Shown here: positions 41,954 through 50,608 of the stretch, piece by piece
How positions within the stretch are numbered: the first letter of the stretch is position 1
How the letters are laid out: each line of letters begins with the position of its first letter
Origin: Rhodanobacteraceae bacterium
Lineage (GTDB): Bacteria; Pseudomonadota; Gammaproteobacteria; Xanthomonadales; Rhodanobacteraceae
Length of the DNA stretch: 64,000 bases
Assembly: GCA_009996615.1 (NCBI GenBank)
Contig: JAACZU010000013.1
Span: 27,990 to 91,989 of the forward strand
Reading direction: 5' to 3'
Position numbers and translations under genes: made by a program
Notes under the pieces: generated by a model
The model's database searches: none
Seen by the model: the letters and a program-made list of their open reading frames with translations, nothing else
Told to the model about the DNA's origin: nothing

Positions 41954-43006
41954 ATGTCGAGATTCCGAACCCTTCCGCGCCGCGCCGGCGGCGGCGCCGT
42001 GCTGCGCGTCCTGATCGTGCTCGTGCTGCTCGGCGTCGTCGGCCTCGGCATCGCCGTCTGGCGCGACTACCGTCACTTCACCGATTCGCCGCTGCCCGGT
42101 GCGCGCGCCGACGCGACGATCGACATCGCGCGTGGCGCGAGTTATCGCGACATCGTGCGCCAGCTGCGCCGCGAGCGCGTCAGTCGCGCCGCGCCGCTGT
42201 ACTGGCGCGTGCTCGGTCGCGAGCTCGGCGTCGCCGGGCGCCTGCATGCGGGCGAGTACGCGCTGCCGCCCGGCCTGACGCCGCGCGAAATGCTGCGCCG
42301 GATGGCCGCCGGCGAGGTGGTGCAGCACCGCTTCACGATCGTCGACGGCTGGACGTTCCGCCAGCTGCGCCTGGCGCTGGCGAACGAGAGCGGCCTTGCG
42401 CAGACGCTGCCGGGCCTGTCCGACGAGGAGATCGCGCGCCGCGTCGGCATCGACGACGGCCGCGCCGAGGGCTGGTTCCTGCCCGAGACCTACGCCTGGG
42501 TGAAGGGCGAGCGCGATATCGACGTAGTCGCGCGCGCGCACGCGGCGATGCGCAAGGCGCTCGACCGGCTGTGGGCCGCGCGCGCCGCCGACGTGAAGCT
42601 CGACACGCCGTACCAGGCGCTGATCCTCGCCTCGATCGTCGAGAAGGAGACCGGCCGTGCCGAGGAGCGCCCGCTGATTGCCGGCGTGTTCATGCGCCGG
42701 CTCAAGTTCGGCATGCGCCTGCAGACCGATCCGACCGTGATCTACGGCATGGGCGAGGGCTACGACGGCAACATCCGCCGGCGCGACCTGGAGACCGACA
42801 CGCCCTACAACACCTACACGCGCGACGGCCTGCCGCCGACGCCGATCGCCCTGCCGGGCCTGCCGGCGCTGGAAGCGGCGCTGCGTCCGGCGCCGGGCGA
42901 TGCGTTGTACTTCGTCGCGCGCGGCGACGGCAGCCACGAATTCTCGCCGACGCTCGACGCGCACAACCGCGCCGTGCGGCAGTATCAGTTGCGCAAGACG
43001 CCATGA
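41954..43006 (+). CDS. mltG: Endolytic murein transglycosylase MltG (YceG-like)
   Basis: Start at MSRFRTLPRR. TM anchor. LASIVEKETG and DTPYNTY motifs. Confidence 0.9.
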   Translation: MSRFRTLPRRAGGGAVLRVLIVLVLLGVVGLGIAVWRDYRHFTDSPLPGARADATIDIARGASYRDIVRQLRRERVSRAAPLYWRVLGRELGVAGRLHAGEYALPPGLTPREMLRRMAAGEVVQHRFTIVDGWTFRQLRLALANESGLAQTLPGLSDEEIARRVGIDDGRAEGWFLPETYAWVKGERDIDVVARAHAAMRKALDRLWAARAADVKLDTPYQALILASIVEKETGRAEERPLIAGVFMRRLKFGMRLQTDPTVIYGMGEGYDGNIRRRDLETDTPYNTYTRDGLPPTPIALPGLPALEAALRPAPGDALYFVARGDGSHEFSPTLDAHNRAVRQYQLRKTP

Positions 43007-43638
43007 GCGGCCGCCTGGTCACGCTGGAGGGAGGCGAGGGCGCCGGCAAGAGCACGGTGCTCGCGGCCGTGCAGGCGCGCCTGCTCGAACGCGGCATCGA
43101 CGTGGTGGTCACGCGCGAGCCGGGCGGCACCGCGTTCGGCGAGGCGGTGCGCGCGCTCGTGCTCGATCCGGCGCGCCCGGAGCTGTGCGCCGAGAGCGAA
43201 CTGCTGCTGATGTTCGCCGCCCGCGCACAGCTCGTGCGCGAGCTGATCGCGCCGGCGCTGGCGGCCGGCCGCTGGGTATTGTCGGACCGCTACACCGATG
43301 CGAGCTATGCCTACCAGGGCGGCGGCCGCGGCCAGCCGGTCGCGCGCATTGCCGAGCTCGAGGCGTGGGCCGCGCCGATCCAGCCCGACCTGACCCTGCT
43401 GCTCGACCTGCCGGTCGCGCAGGGCCTCGCGCGCGCCGCCGGTCGCGGCGCACCCGACCGCATCGAGCGCGAGAACGGCGATTTCTTCGAGCGCGTGCGC
43501 GCGGCCTACCGCGCACGCGCGGCGGCCGAGCCGGCGCGCTTCCGCGTGATCGATTCGAGCCAGCCGGTCGAGGCGGTGCGCACGGCAGCCTGCGCCGCGA
43601 TCGACGCCTTCGTCGACGCGCAGGAGGCACGCGCGTGA
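43003..43638 (+). CDS. tmk: Thymidylate kinase
   Basis: ATGA overlap with mltG. P-loop LEGGEGAGKST. Confidence 0.92.
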   Translation: MSGRLVTLEGGEGAGKSTVLAAVQARLLERGIDVVVTREPGGTAFGEAVRALVLDPARPELCAESELLLMFAARAQLVRELIAPALAAGRWVLSDRYTDASYAYQGGGRGQPVARIAELEAWAAPIQPDLTLLLDLPVAQGLARAAGRGAPDRIERENGDFFERVRAAYRARAAAEPARFRVIDSSQPVEAVRTAACAAIDAFVDAQEARA

Positions 43639-44609
43639 GCCCGCTGGCGCCGTGGCTCGCCGATGCCTGGCGCACGCTGGCCGGCGCGCTCGCCGGCGGC
43701 CGCCTGCACCACGGCCTGCTGCTGGCCGCGCCGGCCGGTTACGGCAAACGCGCGTTGGCCGATGCGCTGGTCGCCGCCGCGTTGTGCCAGGACCGCGGTC
43801 CGGACGGCCACGCCTGCGGCCGCTGCCGGGCCTGCACCTTGCTCGCCGCCGGCACGCATCCCGACCGCGTGCACATCACCTTCGAGGTCAACCCCAAGAC
43901 CGACAAACTGCGCACCGAGATCGTCATCGAGCAGATCCGCGACCTGTCGCAGCGGCTGGCGCTGTCGAGCCAGTTCGGCGGCCTGCAGCTCGCGATCGTG
44001 GAGCCGGCCGATCGCCTCAACGCGGCCGCGGCCAATGCGCTGTTGAAGACGTTGGAGGAGCCGGCCGCGAACACCGTGATCGTGCTGGTGGCGGACGAAC
44101 CGGCGCGCCTGCCGGCGACGATCCGCAGCCGCTGCCAGCGCATCGACATCCGCCCGCCGGCGCCGGACGAGGCGCTGGCCTGGCTGCGCGGGCAGGGCAT
44201 CGCGGCCGAGCGCGCCGCGGCCGCGTTCGAGGCGAGCCTGGGCAATCCCGGTCGCGCGCTGGCGTGGTGCGCCGACGACACGCTCGCCGTACGCAGCGGC
44301 TGCGCCGACGACCTCGCCGCATTGGCGCAGGGGCGCCGCACCGCAACCGAAATCGCCGACCGCTGGGTCGCCGACCAGCCCGAGACGCGCCTGTGGTTCG
44401 CCGCCGCGCTCGCGCGCGACGAGGCGCAGCGCCTCGCGCGTGGTGAAACGGGACGGTTTGGCTTGACCACGCGCGATGAAATCCCGAAGCTTGCGGCGTG
44501 GTTCGGGCGCGCCAATGCCGCGCGCGGCCTGCTGGCGACGACGCTGCGTGCGGACCTGGTCCTGCTGGACCTGCTGCGCACTTGGCCGGTGCGCGGCGCA
44601 CCGCATTGA
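43635..44609 (+). CDS. holB: DNA polymerase III delta' subunit
   Basis: GTG start overlapping the tmk stop. GYGKRALA, Zn module HACGRCRACTLL, and SRC motif TIRSRCQ. Confidence 0.85.
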   Translation: MSPLAPWLADAWRTLAGALAGGRLHHGLLLAAPAGYGKRALADALVAAALCQDRGPDGHACGRCRACTLLAAGTHPDRVHITFEVNPKTDKLRTEIVIEQIRDLSQRLALSSQFGGLQLAIVEPADRLNAAAANALLKTLEEPAANTVIVLVADEPARLPATIRSRCQRIDIRPPAPDEALAWLRGQGIAAERAAAAFEASLGNPGRALAWCADDTLAVRSGCADDLAALAQGRRTATEIADRWVADQPETRLWFAAALARDEAQRLARGETGRFGLTTRDEIPKLAAWFGRANAARGLLATTLRADLVLLDLLRTWPVRGAPH

Positions 44610-44638
44610 CCACCGACACGAGAGCGGAGAGTTCGAGC

Positions 44639-45004
44639 ATGGCCACGCCGGCAATGGGCGGAGCACCGCGACAGGGCATCCTGTCGCTCGCGATCAAGGA
44701 CAAGGGCGCGCTGTTCAACGCCTACATGCCGTTCGTGCGCGGCGGCGGCCTGTTCGTGCCGACCGCCAAGCGCTACAGCCTCGGCGACGAGGTGTTCATC
44801 CTGTTGTCGCTGATGGACGAGAAGGATCGCCTGCCGGTCGCCGGCAAGGTCATCTGGATCACCCCGCCCGGCGCGCAGGGCAACCGCATGGCCGGCATCG
44901 GCGTGCAGTTCAACGACTCCGCCGACGGCGAAGCCGCGCGCACCAAGATCGAATCGATCCTCGCCGGCATCCTGACCCAGGAACGGCCGACGCATACGAT
45001 GTAA
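44639..45004 (+). CDS. pilZ: Type IV pilus assembly protein PilZ
   Basis: QGILSLAIKDKGALFNAYMPFVRGGGLFVPT...VIWITPPGAQGNRMAGIGVQF resembles Xanthomonas PilZ as I recall it. Same position after holB. Confidence 0.8.
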   Translation: MATPAMGGAPRQGILSLAIKDKGALFNAYMPFVRGGGLFVPTAKRYSLGDEVFILLSLMDEKDRLPVAGKVIWITPPGAQGNRMAGIGVQFNDSADGEAARTKIESILAGILTQERPTHTM

Positions 45005-45009
45005 AGACC

Positions 45010-45197
45010 GGGATTGGGGATTCGGGATTGGGGATTCGGAAGAGCCTCACACCCTCGTCGTCCCGGCGAAGGCCGGGACCCAGTGTCTTCGATCCACAGC
45101 AAGGCCAGGAGCTGGATCCCGGCCTTCGCCGGGACGACGGAGTGGAAGGTGGCGACGGAGTCGGGAGCTTTAGCCAATCCCGAATCCCCAATCCCGG
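45010..45197. repeat. Composite heptamer-arm element (complete copy)
   Basis: Left arm GGGATTGGGGATTCGGGATTGGGGATTCGG (45010-45039). Internal mutually inverted hairpins TCCCGGCGAAGGCCGGGA (45061-45078) and TCCCGGCCTTCGCCGGGA (45117-45134). Right arm CCAATCCCGAATCCCCAATCCCGG (45174-45197). Confidence 0.85.
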
Positions 45198-45202
45198 CCC
45201 TT

Positions 45203-45637
45203 CTACAATGCCGCGCGCGCGTACTGGCGGATCTTCTCCAGCATCGCCGCGAAGCCGTTCGAGCGCGTCGGCGACAGGTGCTTGGCGAGGCCGATCGCCT
45301 CGATGAAGTGCGGTTCGGTGGCGAGGATCTCCTCGGCCGAGCGGCCCGAATACACGCGCAGCAGCAGCGCGATCAGGCCGGACACGATCGACGAGTCGCT
45401 GATCGCCTCGAACTCGAGGCGGTGCGCGTCGCCGTGCGGGACCAGCCAGACCTGCGACTGGCAGCCGCTGACCTTCCATTGATCGATCTTCGCGGCCTCC
45501 GGGAACGGAGGCAGCTTGCGGCCGAGGTCGATCAGGTACTGGTAGCGCTCGGTCCAGTCGCCGAAGAAACCGAACTCCTCGACGATCGCGGCCTGCGCTT
45601 CCTCGGCGCTGGCGGTGGTTTCAAGCGGGGCATTCAT
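45203..45637 (-). CDS. sufE: SufE-family cysteine desulfuration protein
   Basis: Conserved Cys in [11 protein letters not shown]. Confidence 0.88.
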   Translation of the reverse strand: MNAPLETTASAEEAQAAIVEEFGFFGDWTERYQYLIDLGRKLPPFPEAAKIDQWKVSGCQSQVWLVPHGDAHRLEFEAISDSSIVSGLIALLLRVYSGRSAEEILATEPHFIEAIGLAKHLSPTRSNGFAAMLEKIRQYARAAL

Positions 45638-47018
45638 CGGCGTTCACCACTTTCCAGCGGGTGCCCTGGGCACCGTCCTCGATCACCACGCCCTGGGCCG
45701 CCAGCTCCTGGCGGATCGCATCGGCGCGCGCGAAGTCCTTCGCCGCGCGCGCGGCCTTGCGCTCGTCCAGCAGGCGTTCGACCCACGCCGCATCGACCTC
45801 GGCGCCGCCGGCGACCTGCTTGAACCAGGCTTCCGGCTCGGCCTGCAGCAGGCCGAGCAGCTCGCCGGCGCCGAGCAGGGCGGCCTTGGCCTCGCGGCGC
45901 GCCTCCGGCGTCGCTGCGGCACGCGCGGCGGCGGCAAGGCCGGCCACGACCGCGAACGCCTCGGGCGTGTTCAGGTCGTCCAGCAGCGCCGCTTCCAGCG
46001 CCGCGGGCACCGTGCGCTGCGCGACGTCGACCTCGGCCAGGTCGCGCAGCACGCCGTACCAGCCGTCCAGCGTCGCGCGCGCCTGCTGCAGCGCCGCATC
46101 GGACCAGTCCAGCGGCTGCCGGTAGTGCGCCTTCAGCAGCAGGAAGCGCAGCACCTCGGCCGGGTACTTCTGCAGCAGCTCGTGCAACACCATCACGTTG
46201 CCGAGCGACTTGGACATCTTGCGACCTTCGAAGGTCAGCATGCCGTTGTGCAGCCAGTAGCGCGCGAAGGTCTTGCCGCCGTGCGCGCAGGTGCTCTGCG
46301 CGATCTCGTTCTCGTGGTGCGGGAACATCAGGTCGTTGCCGCCGGCGTGGATGTCGATCGTCTCGCCCAGGTGCTTTTCGGCCATCGCCGAGCATTCGAT
46401 GTGCCAGCCCGGCCGGCCGCGGCCCCACGGGCTGTCCCAGCCGGGCAGCTCGGGCGTCGACGGCTTCCACAGCACGAAATCGGCCGGATTCTTCTTGTAC
46501 GGGGCGACCTCGACGCGCGCGCCGGCGATCATGTCCTCGGTCGAGCGGCCGGACAGCGCGCCATAGGCGGGGAAGGCCCCCACGTCGAACAGCACGTGGC
46601 CCTCGGCCGCGTAGGCGTGGCCACTTGCGATCAGGCGCTCGCACATCGCGACGATCTCGCCGATGTGCGCGGTCGCCTGCGGTGCCACGTCCGGTTCGTC
46701 GGCGCCGAGCTTGGCCATGTCCTCGCGATAGGCGGCCGTGTAGCGCGTGGTGATCGCGTCGATCGGCACGCCGGCTTGCTGCGCCGCGGCGTTGATCTTG
46801 TCGTCGACATCGGTGATGTTGCGCGCGTAGACCACGTTCGGATACAGGCGCTTGAGCAGCCGGGCGAGCAGGCCGAACACGACCGGCGGGCGCGCATTGC
46901 CGATGTGCACGTAGTTGTAGACGGTCGGCCCGCACACGTACATCGTCACCCGGTCTGGATCGGCCGGGACGAAGTCTTCGGTACGACGGGTGAGGCTGTT
47001 GTGGAGTTTGAGCGGCAT
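45621..47018 (-). CDS. cysS: Cysteine-tRNA ligase
   Basis: [16 protein letters not shown] (HIGH-type) and KMSKSLGN motifs. Confidence 0.96.
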   Translation of the reverse strand: MPLKLHNSLTRRTEDFVPADPDRVTMYVCGPTVYNYVHIGNARPPVVFGLLARLLKRLYPNVVYARNITDVDDKINAAAQQAGVPIDAITTRYTAAYREDMAKLGADEPDVAPQATAHIGEIVAMCERLIASGHAYAAEGHVLFDVGAFPAYGALSGRSTEDMIAGARVEVAPYKKNPADFVLWKPSTPELPGWDSPWGRGRPGWHIECSAMAEKHLGETIDIHAGGNDLMFPHHENEIAQSTCAHGGKTFARYWLHNGMLTFEGRKMSKSLGNVMVLHELLQKYPAEVLRFLLLKAHYRQPLDWSDAALQQARATLDGWYGVLRDLAEVDVAQRTVPAALEAALLDDLNTPEAFAVVAGLAAAARAAATPEARREAKAALLGAGELLGLLQAEPEAWFKQVAGGAEVDAAWVERLLDERKAARAAKDFARADAIRQELAAQGVVIEDGAQGTRWKVVNADECPA

Positions 47019-47225
47019 CGGGCGGGCCTCTGTGGACCGACGATGATAACAGCAGCCCGCGCCGCGCCTGCGCCCCTGTTCCCGTACGCCTGCGCCGTCC
47101 GCGCGCGGCTCTTAGGACGGGTTCAGCGATCGACTGGTTTAATTGGTGTGAAATCAACAAGCCCCGCGCGACGAGAACAAGCCGGCAAACTGCCCCGGCG
47201 CGAGGCCTTGCAGTGGAGACAGTAG

Positions 47226-47756
47226 ATGAAAGTGATGGTTTTGGCGGCGACGGCGCTGCTCCTGGCGGGAACCCAGGCCAGCGCGCAGGACCGTGACTAC
47301 GATGACCATGGCAACGTCAAGGTGGCGTGGGCCGACGTGCTGCGCGTCGACCCGATCTACGACCGCGTGCAGACCAGCAGTCCGCGCGAAGTCTGCGAGG
47401 ACATTCCGGTCGAGCACCGCGTCGACAACGGCAACAAGGCAGCCGGCACCGTGATCGGCGCGATCGTCGGCGGCGTGCTCGGCAGCACGGTCGGCAAGGG
47501 CGACGGCCGCAAGGCGGCGACTGTGGCCGGCGCGGTCGTCGGCGGCGCGGTCGGCAACAACGTCGCGCAGGGCGGCGAGACCTATTACAGCGGCACCGAA
47601 CGCCGCTGCCACCTGGTGCACGACGTGCGCGAGGAGCGCCGCGTCGTCGCCTACGACGTGCAGTACCGCTACCGCGGAGACGTCTACATGTCGCGCCTGG
47701 ACTACGATCCGGGTGACCGCCTGCGCGTGCGCGTCAGCATCACGCCGGCCGAGTAG
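47226..47756 (+). CDS. Glycine-zipper 2TM domain protein (secreted; paralogue of 25932..26408)
   Basis: Signal peptide MKVMVLAATALLLAGTQASA. Zipper GAIVGGVLGSTVGKGDGRKAATVAGAVVGGAVGN. Confidence 0.75.
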   Translation: MKVMVLAATALLLAGTQASAQDRDYDDHGNVKVAWADVLRVDPIYDRVQTSSPREVCEDIPVEHRVDNGNKAAGTVIGAIVGGVLGSTVGKGDGRKAATVAGAVVGGAVGNNVAQGGETYYSGTERRCHLVHDVREERRVVAYDVQYRYRGDVYMSRLDYDPGDRLRVRVSITPAE

Positions 47757-47770
47757 GCCCGATTCGATTG

Positions 47771-47799
47771 TTGCAACGCCGCAGGTTTGGCGGTAAGTT
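47771..47799 (+). promoter_or_regulatory. Candidate sigma70 promoter (TTGCAA-N17-TAAGTT)
   Basis: -35 TTGCAA (47771-47776), 17-nt spacer, -10 TAAGTT (47794-47799). Lies 25 nt upstream of the short ORF at 47824. Confidence 0.35.
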
Positions 47800-47823
47800 G
47801 CGCGCCTTCGACGTGAGAACCCG

Positions 47824-47928
47824 ATGAACCGAATCGCCGTCCAGCCGCAGATCGTCACCAGCGCCCGCATGGCCGCTGGCATGACCTCGCGCGCGCGTCG
47901 ACCGGAAATCCGCATTCCGGCCGGGTAG
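47824..47928 (+). CDS. Candidate leader peptide (34 codons, MNRIAVQPQIVTSARMAAGMTSRARRPEIRIPAG)
   Basis: ATG to TAG with GC-rich third positions. Arg codons at positions 23, 25, 26 and 30. The 3' end overlaps alternative pairing segments of the downstream terminator. The SD is weak. Confidence 0.35.
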   Translation: MNRIAVQPQIVTSARMAAGMTSRARRPEIRIPAG

Positions 47929-47958
47929 GCTGTCGCACGTCTTTAACGAGTTTCGACG

Positions 47959-47995
47959 AAAAACCCGGCCCGCGTGCCGGGTTTTTTGTTTTTGG
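47959..47995 (+). terminator. Strong rho-independent terminator upstream of the arg operon
   Basis: AAACCCGGC CCGCGT GCCGGGTTT followed by TTTGTTTTT. Confidence 0.7.
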
Positions 47996-48023
47996 ATTTC
48001 TTTGGACGCTTTCTCTTCCCGGG

Positions 48024-48127
48024 TTTACCTCTGCGCGGCTCCCTCCGCGCAAGAGCAAAACCGGCCATCCATGGATTTACCTGTGCGCGGATCCATCCAC
48101 GCAAAGAAAAACTGGCCATCCATGGCC
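48024..48127. repeat. Imperfect tandem duplication (2 x ~52 bp) upstream of argF'
   Basis: TTTACCTCTGCGCGGCTCCCTCCGCGCAAGAGCAAAACCGGCCATCCATGGA followed by TTTACCTGTGCGCGGATCCATCCACGCAAAGAAAAACTGGCCATCCATGGCC. Confidence 0.75.
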
Positions 48128-48156
48128 AGACTCCTCAATAAGAGCGGCAGACTGCG

Positions 48157-49194
48157 ATGACAACTCGACATTTCCTCAGCACCCAGGACTGGTCCCGCGC
48201 CGAGCTCGACGCGCTGCTCGCGCAGGCGGCCGCGTTCAAGCGTTCCAGGGCCGGCAGCCAGCTCGCCGGCAAGTCGATCGCGCTGCTGTTCTTCAACCCC
48301 TCGATGCGCACGCGCACCAGCTTCGAGCTCGGCGCGTTCCAGCTCGGCGGCCACGCGATCGTGCTGCAGCCGGGCAAGGACGCGTGGCCGATCGAGTTCG
48401 AGGTCGGCACGGTCATGGACGGCGAGGCGGAGGAACACGTCGCCGAGGTCGCGCGCGTGCTGTCGCGCTACGTCGACCTGATCGGCGTGCGCGCGTTCCC
48501 GAAGTTCCAGGACTGGTCGGTCGACCGCGAGGACCGCGTGATCCACGCGTTCGCGAAGCATTCGACGGTGCCGGTGATCAACATGGAGACGATCACGCAC
48601 CCGATGCAGGAGCTGGCTCACATCCAGGCGCTGTGGCAGCACTTCGGCGGCGCCACCCCGGGCGAGGCGCTGCGCGGCAGGAAGTACGTATTGACCTGGA
48701 CGTACCACCCCAAGCCCCTGAACACCGCGGTCGCGAACTCCGCGCTGCAGATCGCCACGCGCTACGGCATGGACGTGACCTTGCTGTGCCCGACCGAGGA
48801 CTACCTGCTCGATCCGCGCTACATGGAGTTCGCGAAGCAGAACGTCGCCGACAACGGCGGCTCGCTGACGATCAGCCACGACCCGGCGAGCGCCTACCGC
48901 GGCGCGCACGTCGTCTACGCCAAGAGCTGGGGCGCGCTGCCGTACTTCGGCCGCTGGGCCGACGAAAAGCCGATCCGCGATGCGCACAAGCACTTCATCG
49001 TCGACGAAGCCAAGATGGCGCTGACTGACCACGGCGTGTTCAGCCACTGCCTGCCGCTGCGCCGCAACGTCAAGGCGACCGACGCGGTCATGGACTCGCC
49101 CGCGTGCATCGCGATCGACGAGGCCGAGAACCGGTTGCATGTGCAGAAAGCGGTGATGGCGCAGCTTGCTGCGCAAGCAGGGAATCGGGAATAG
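48157..49194 (+). CDS. argF: N-acetylornithine carbamoyltransferase (AOTCase-type ArgF')
   Basis: FFNPSMRTRTSFELGAFQLGGHA, PVINMETITHP.QELAH, LTWTYHPKPLNTAVANSAL and HCLPLRRNVKATD are nearly collinear with the X. campestris AOTCase as I recall it. The stop TAG lies inside a repeat arm. Confidence 0.9.
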   Translation: MTTRHFLSTQDWSRAELDALLAQAAAFKRSRAGSQLAGKSIALLFFNPSMRTRTSFELGAFQLGGHAIVLQPGKDAWPIEFEVGTVMDGEAEEHVAEVARVLSRYVDLIGVRAFPKFQDWSVDREDRVIHAFAKHSTVPVINMETITHPMQELAHIQALWQHFGGATPGEALRGRKYVLTWTYHPKPLNTAVANSALQIATRYGMDVTLLCPTEDYLLDPRYMEFAKQNVADNGGSLTISHDPASAYRGAHVVYAKSWGALPYFGRWADEKPIRDAHKHFIVDEAKMALTDHGVFSHCLPLRRNVKATDAVMDSPACIAIDEAENRLHVQKAVMAQLAAQAGNRE

Positions 49195-49315
49195 GGAATA
49201 GGGAATCGTCAAAGCAGGCTTTCGTACGCATCAGTCTCTACTTCATTTCACCCATCTCTCGGACGCCGTCATGTCGAACGCTTCCACCATTCCCCATTCC
49301 CAATTCCCAATTCCC
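49180..49315. repeat. Heptamer-arm element (GGGAATA/GGGAATC type) bridging argF' and argG
   Basis: Left arm GGGAATCGGGAATAGGGAATAGGGAATCG (49180-49208). Right arm CCATTCCCCATTCCCAATTCCCAATTCCC (49287-49315). Confidence 0.85.
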
Positions 49316-50521
49316 GCCTCCGGAGAGCGCCAAGACATAGTCTTGGCGTTCTCCGGAGGATTGGACACCAGCTTCTGCGTGCCCTACCTGAAGGAGCGCG
49401 GCTGGGCCGTGCACACGGTGTTCGCCGACACCGGTGGCGTCGACGCGGAGGAGCGCGCGTACATCGAGCAGCGCGCGCACGAACTCGGCGTCGCCTCGCA
49501 CGTGACCGTCGACGGCGGTCCGGCGATCTGGGACGGCTTCGTCAAGCCGTTCGTCTGGGCCGGCGAGGGTTATCAAGGCCAGTATCCGCTGCTGGTGTCG
49601 GACCGCTACCTGATCGTCGACGCCGCGCTCAGGCGCTGCGCCGAGCTCGGCACGCGCGCGATCGCGCACGGCTGCACCGGCATGGGCAACGACCAGGTGC
49701 GCTTCGACCTCGCGGTCAAGGCGCAGGGCGACTACGAGATCGTCGCGCCGATCCGCGAGATCCAGAAGGAGCACACCGAGGTGCGCGCGTACGAACAGAA
49801 GTACCTCGAAGAGCGCGGCTTCGGCGTGCGCGCCAAGCAGAAGGCCTACACGATCAACGAGAACCTGCTTGGACTCACGATGTCCGGCGGCGAGATCGAC
49901 CGCTGGCAGGCGCCGGGCGAGGGCGCGCGTGGCTGGTGCAAGTCGCGCGCGGAATGGCCGACCGCGCCGCTGCGCGTGAAGCTGACCTTCGCCCACGGCG
50001 AGGCGGTCGCGCTCGACGGCGCGAAGATCGCCGGCCACGAACTGCTGGCCAGGCTCAACGGCCTGTTCGCGCAGTACGGCGTCGGCCGCGGTATCTACAC
50101 CGGCGACACGACGATCGGCCTCAAGGGTCGCATCATCTTCGAGGCGCCCGGCCTGGTCGCGCTGCTGACCGCGCATCGCGCGCTGGAAGAGGCGGTGCTG
50201 ACCAAGCAGCAGAACCGCTTCAAGCCCGACGTCGCGCGCAAGTGGGTCGAGCTGGTCTACGAAGGCTTCTTCCACGATCCGCTCAAGACCGACCTCGAGG
50301 CGTTCCTTGCCTCGAGCCAGGTCACGGTCAACGGCGACGTCGTGCTCGAGACCAGCGGCGGCAGCGTCAGCGCGGTCGCAATCGAGTCGAAGCACATCCT
50401 CAACGCCAAGGGCGCGACCTATGCGCAGGCCGCCGACTGGGGCGTCGCCGAGGCCGAAGGCTTCATCAAGCTGTTCGGCATGAGCTCGACGTTGTGGGCG
50501 CAGGTGAATGCGAAGGAATGA
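49271..50521 (+). CDS. argG: Argininosuccinate synthase
   Basis: [19 protein letters not shown]-binding motif. 416 aa. N-terminal codons 6-15 are repeat-derived. Confidence 0.94.
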   Translation: MSNASTIPHSQFPIPASGERQDIVLAFSGGLDTSFCVPYLKERGWAVHTVFADTGGVDAEERAYIEQRAHELGVASHVTVDGGPAIWDGFVKPFVWAGEGYQGQYPLLVSDRYLIVDAALRRCAELGTRAIAHGCTGMGNDQVRFDLAVKAQGDYEIVAPIREIQKEHTEVRAYEQKYLEERGFGVRAKQKAYTINENLLGLTMSGGEIDRWQAPGEGARGWCKSRAEWPTAPLRVKLTFAHGEAVALDGAKIAGHELLARLNGLFAQYGVGRGIYTGDTTIGLKGRIIFEAPGLVALLTAHRALEEAVLTKQQNRFKPDVARKWVELVYEGFFHDPLKTDLEAFLASSQVTVNGDVVLETSGGSVSAVAIESKHILNAKGATYAQAADWGVAEAEGFIKLFGMSSTLWAQVNAKE

Positions 50522-50596
50522 GTGGGAGAAGTGAGAAACGAGAGAAAGCGGTGATGCCCCGTCACTCGTTTCTCACTCCTCTTCACTCGTTTCTCC
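50522..50596. repeat. GAGAAAC-type palindromic element between argG and argE
   Basis: GAGAAGTGAGAAACGAGAGAAAG ... CACTCGTTTCTCACTCCTCTTCACTCGTTTCTCC. AGTGAGAAACGAG pairs with CTCGTTTCTCACT. Confidence 0.7.
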
Positions 50597-50608
50597 GACA
50601 AGAGAACA

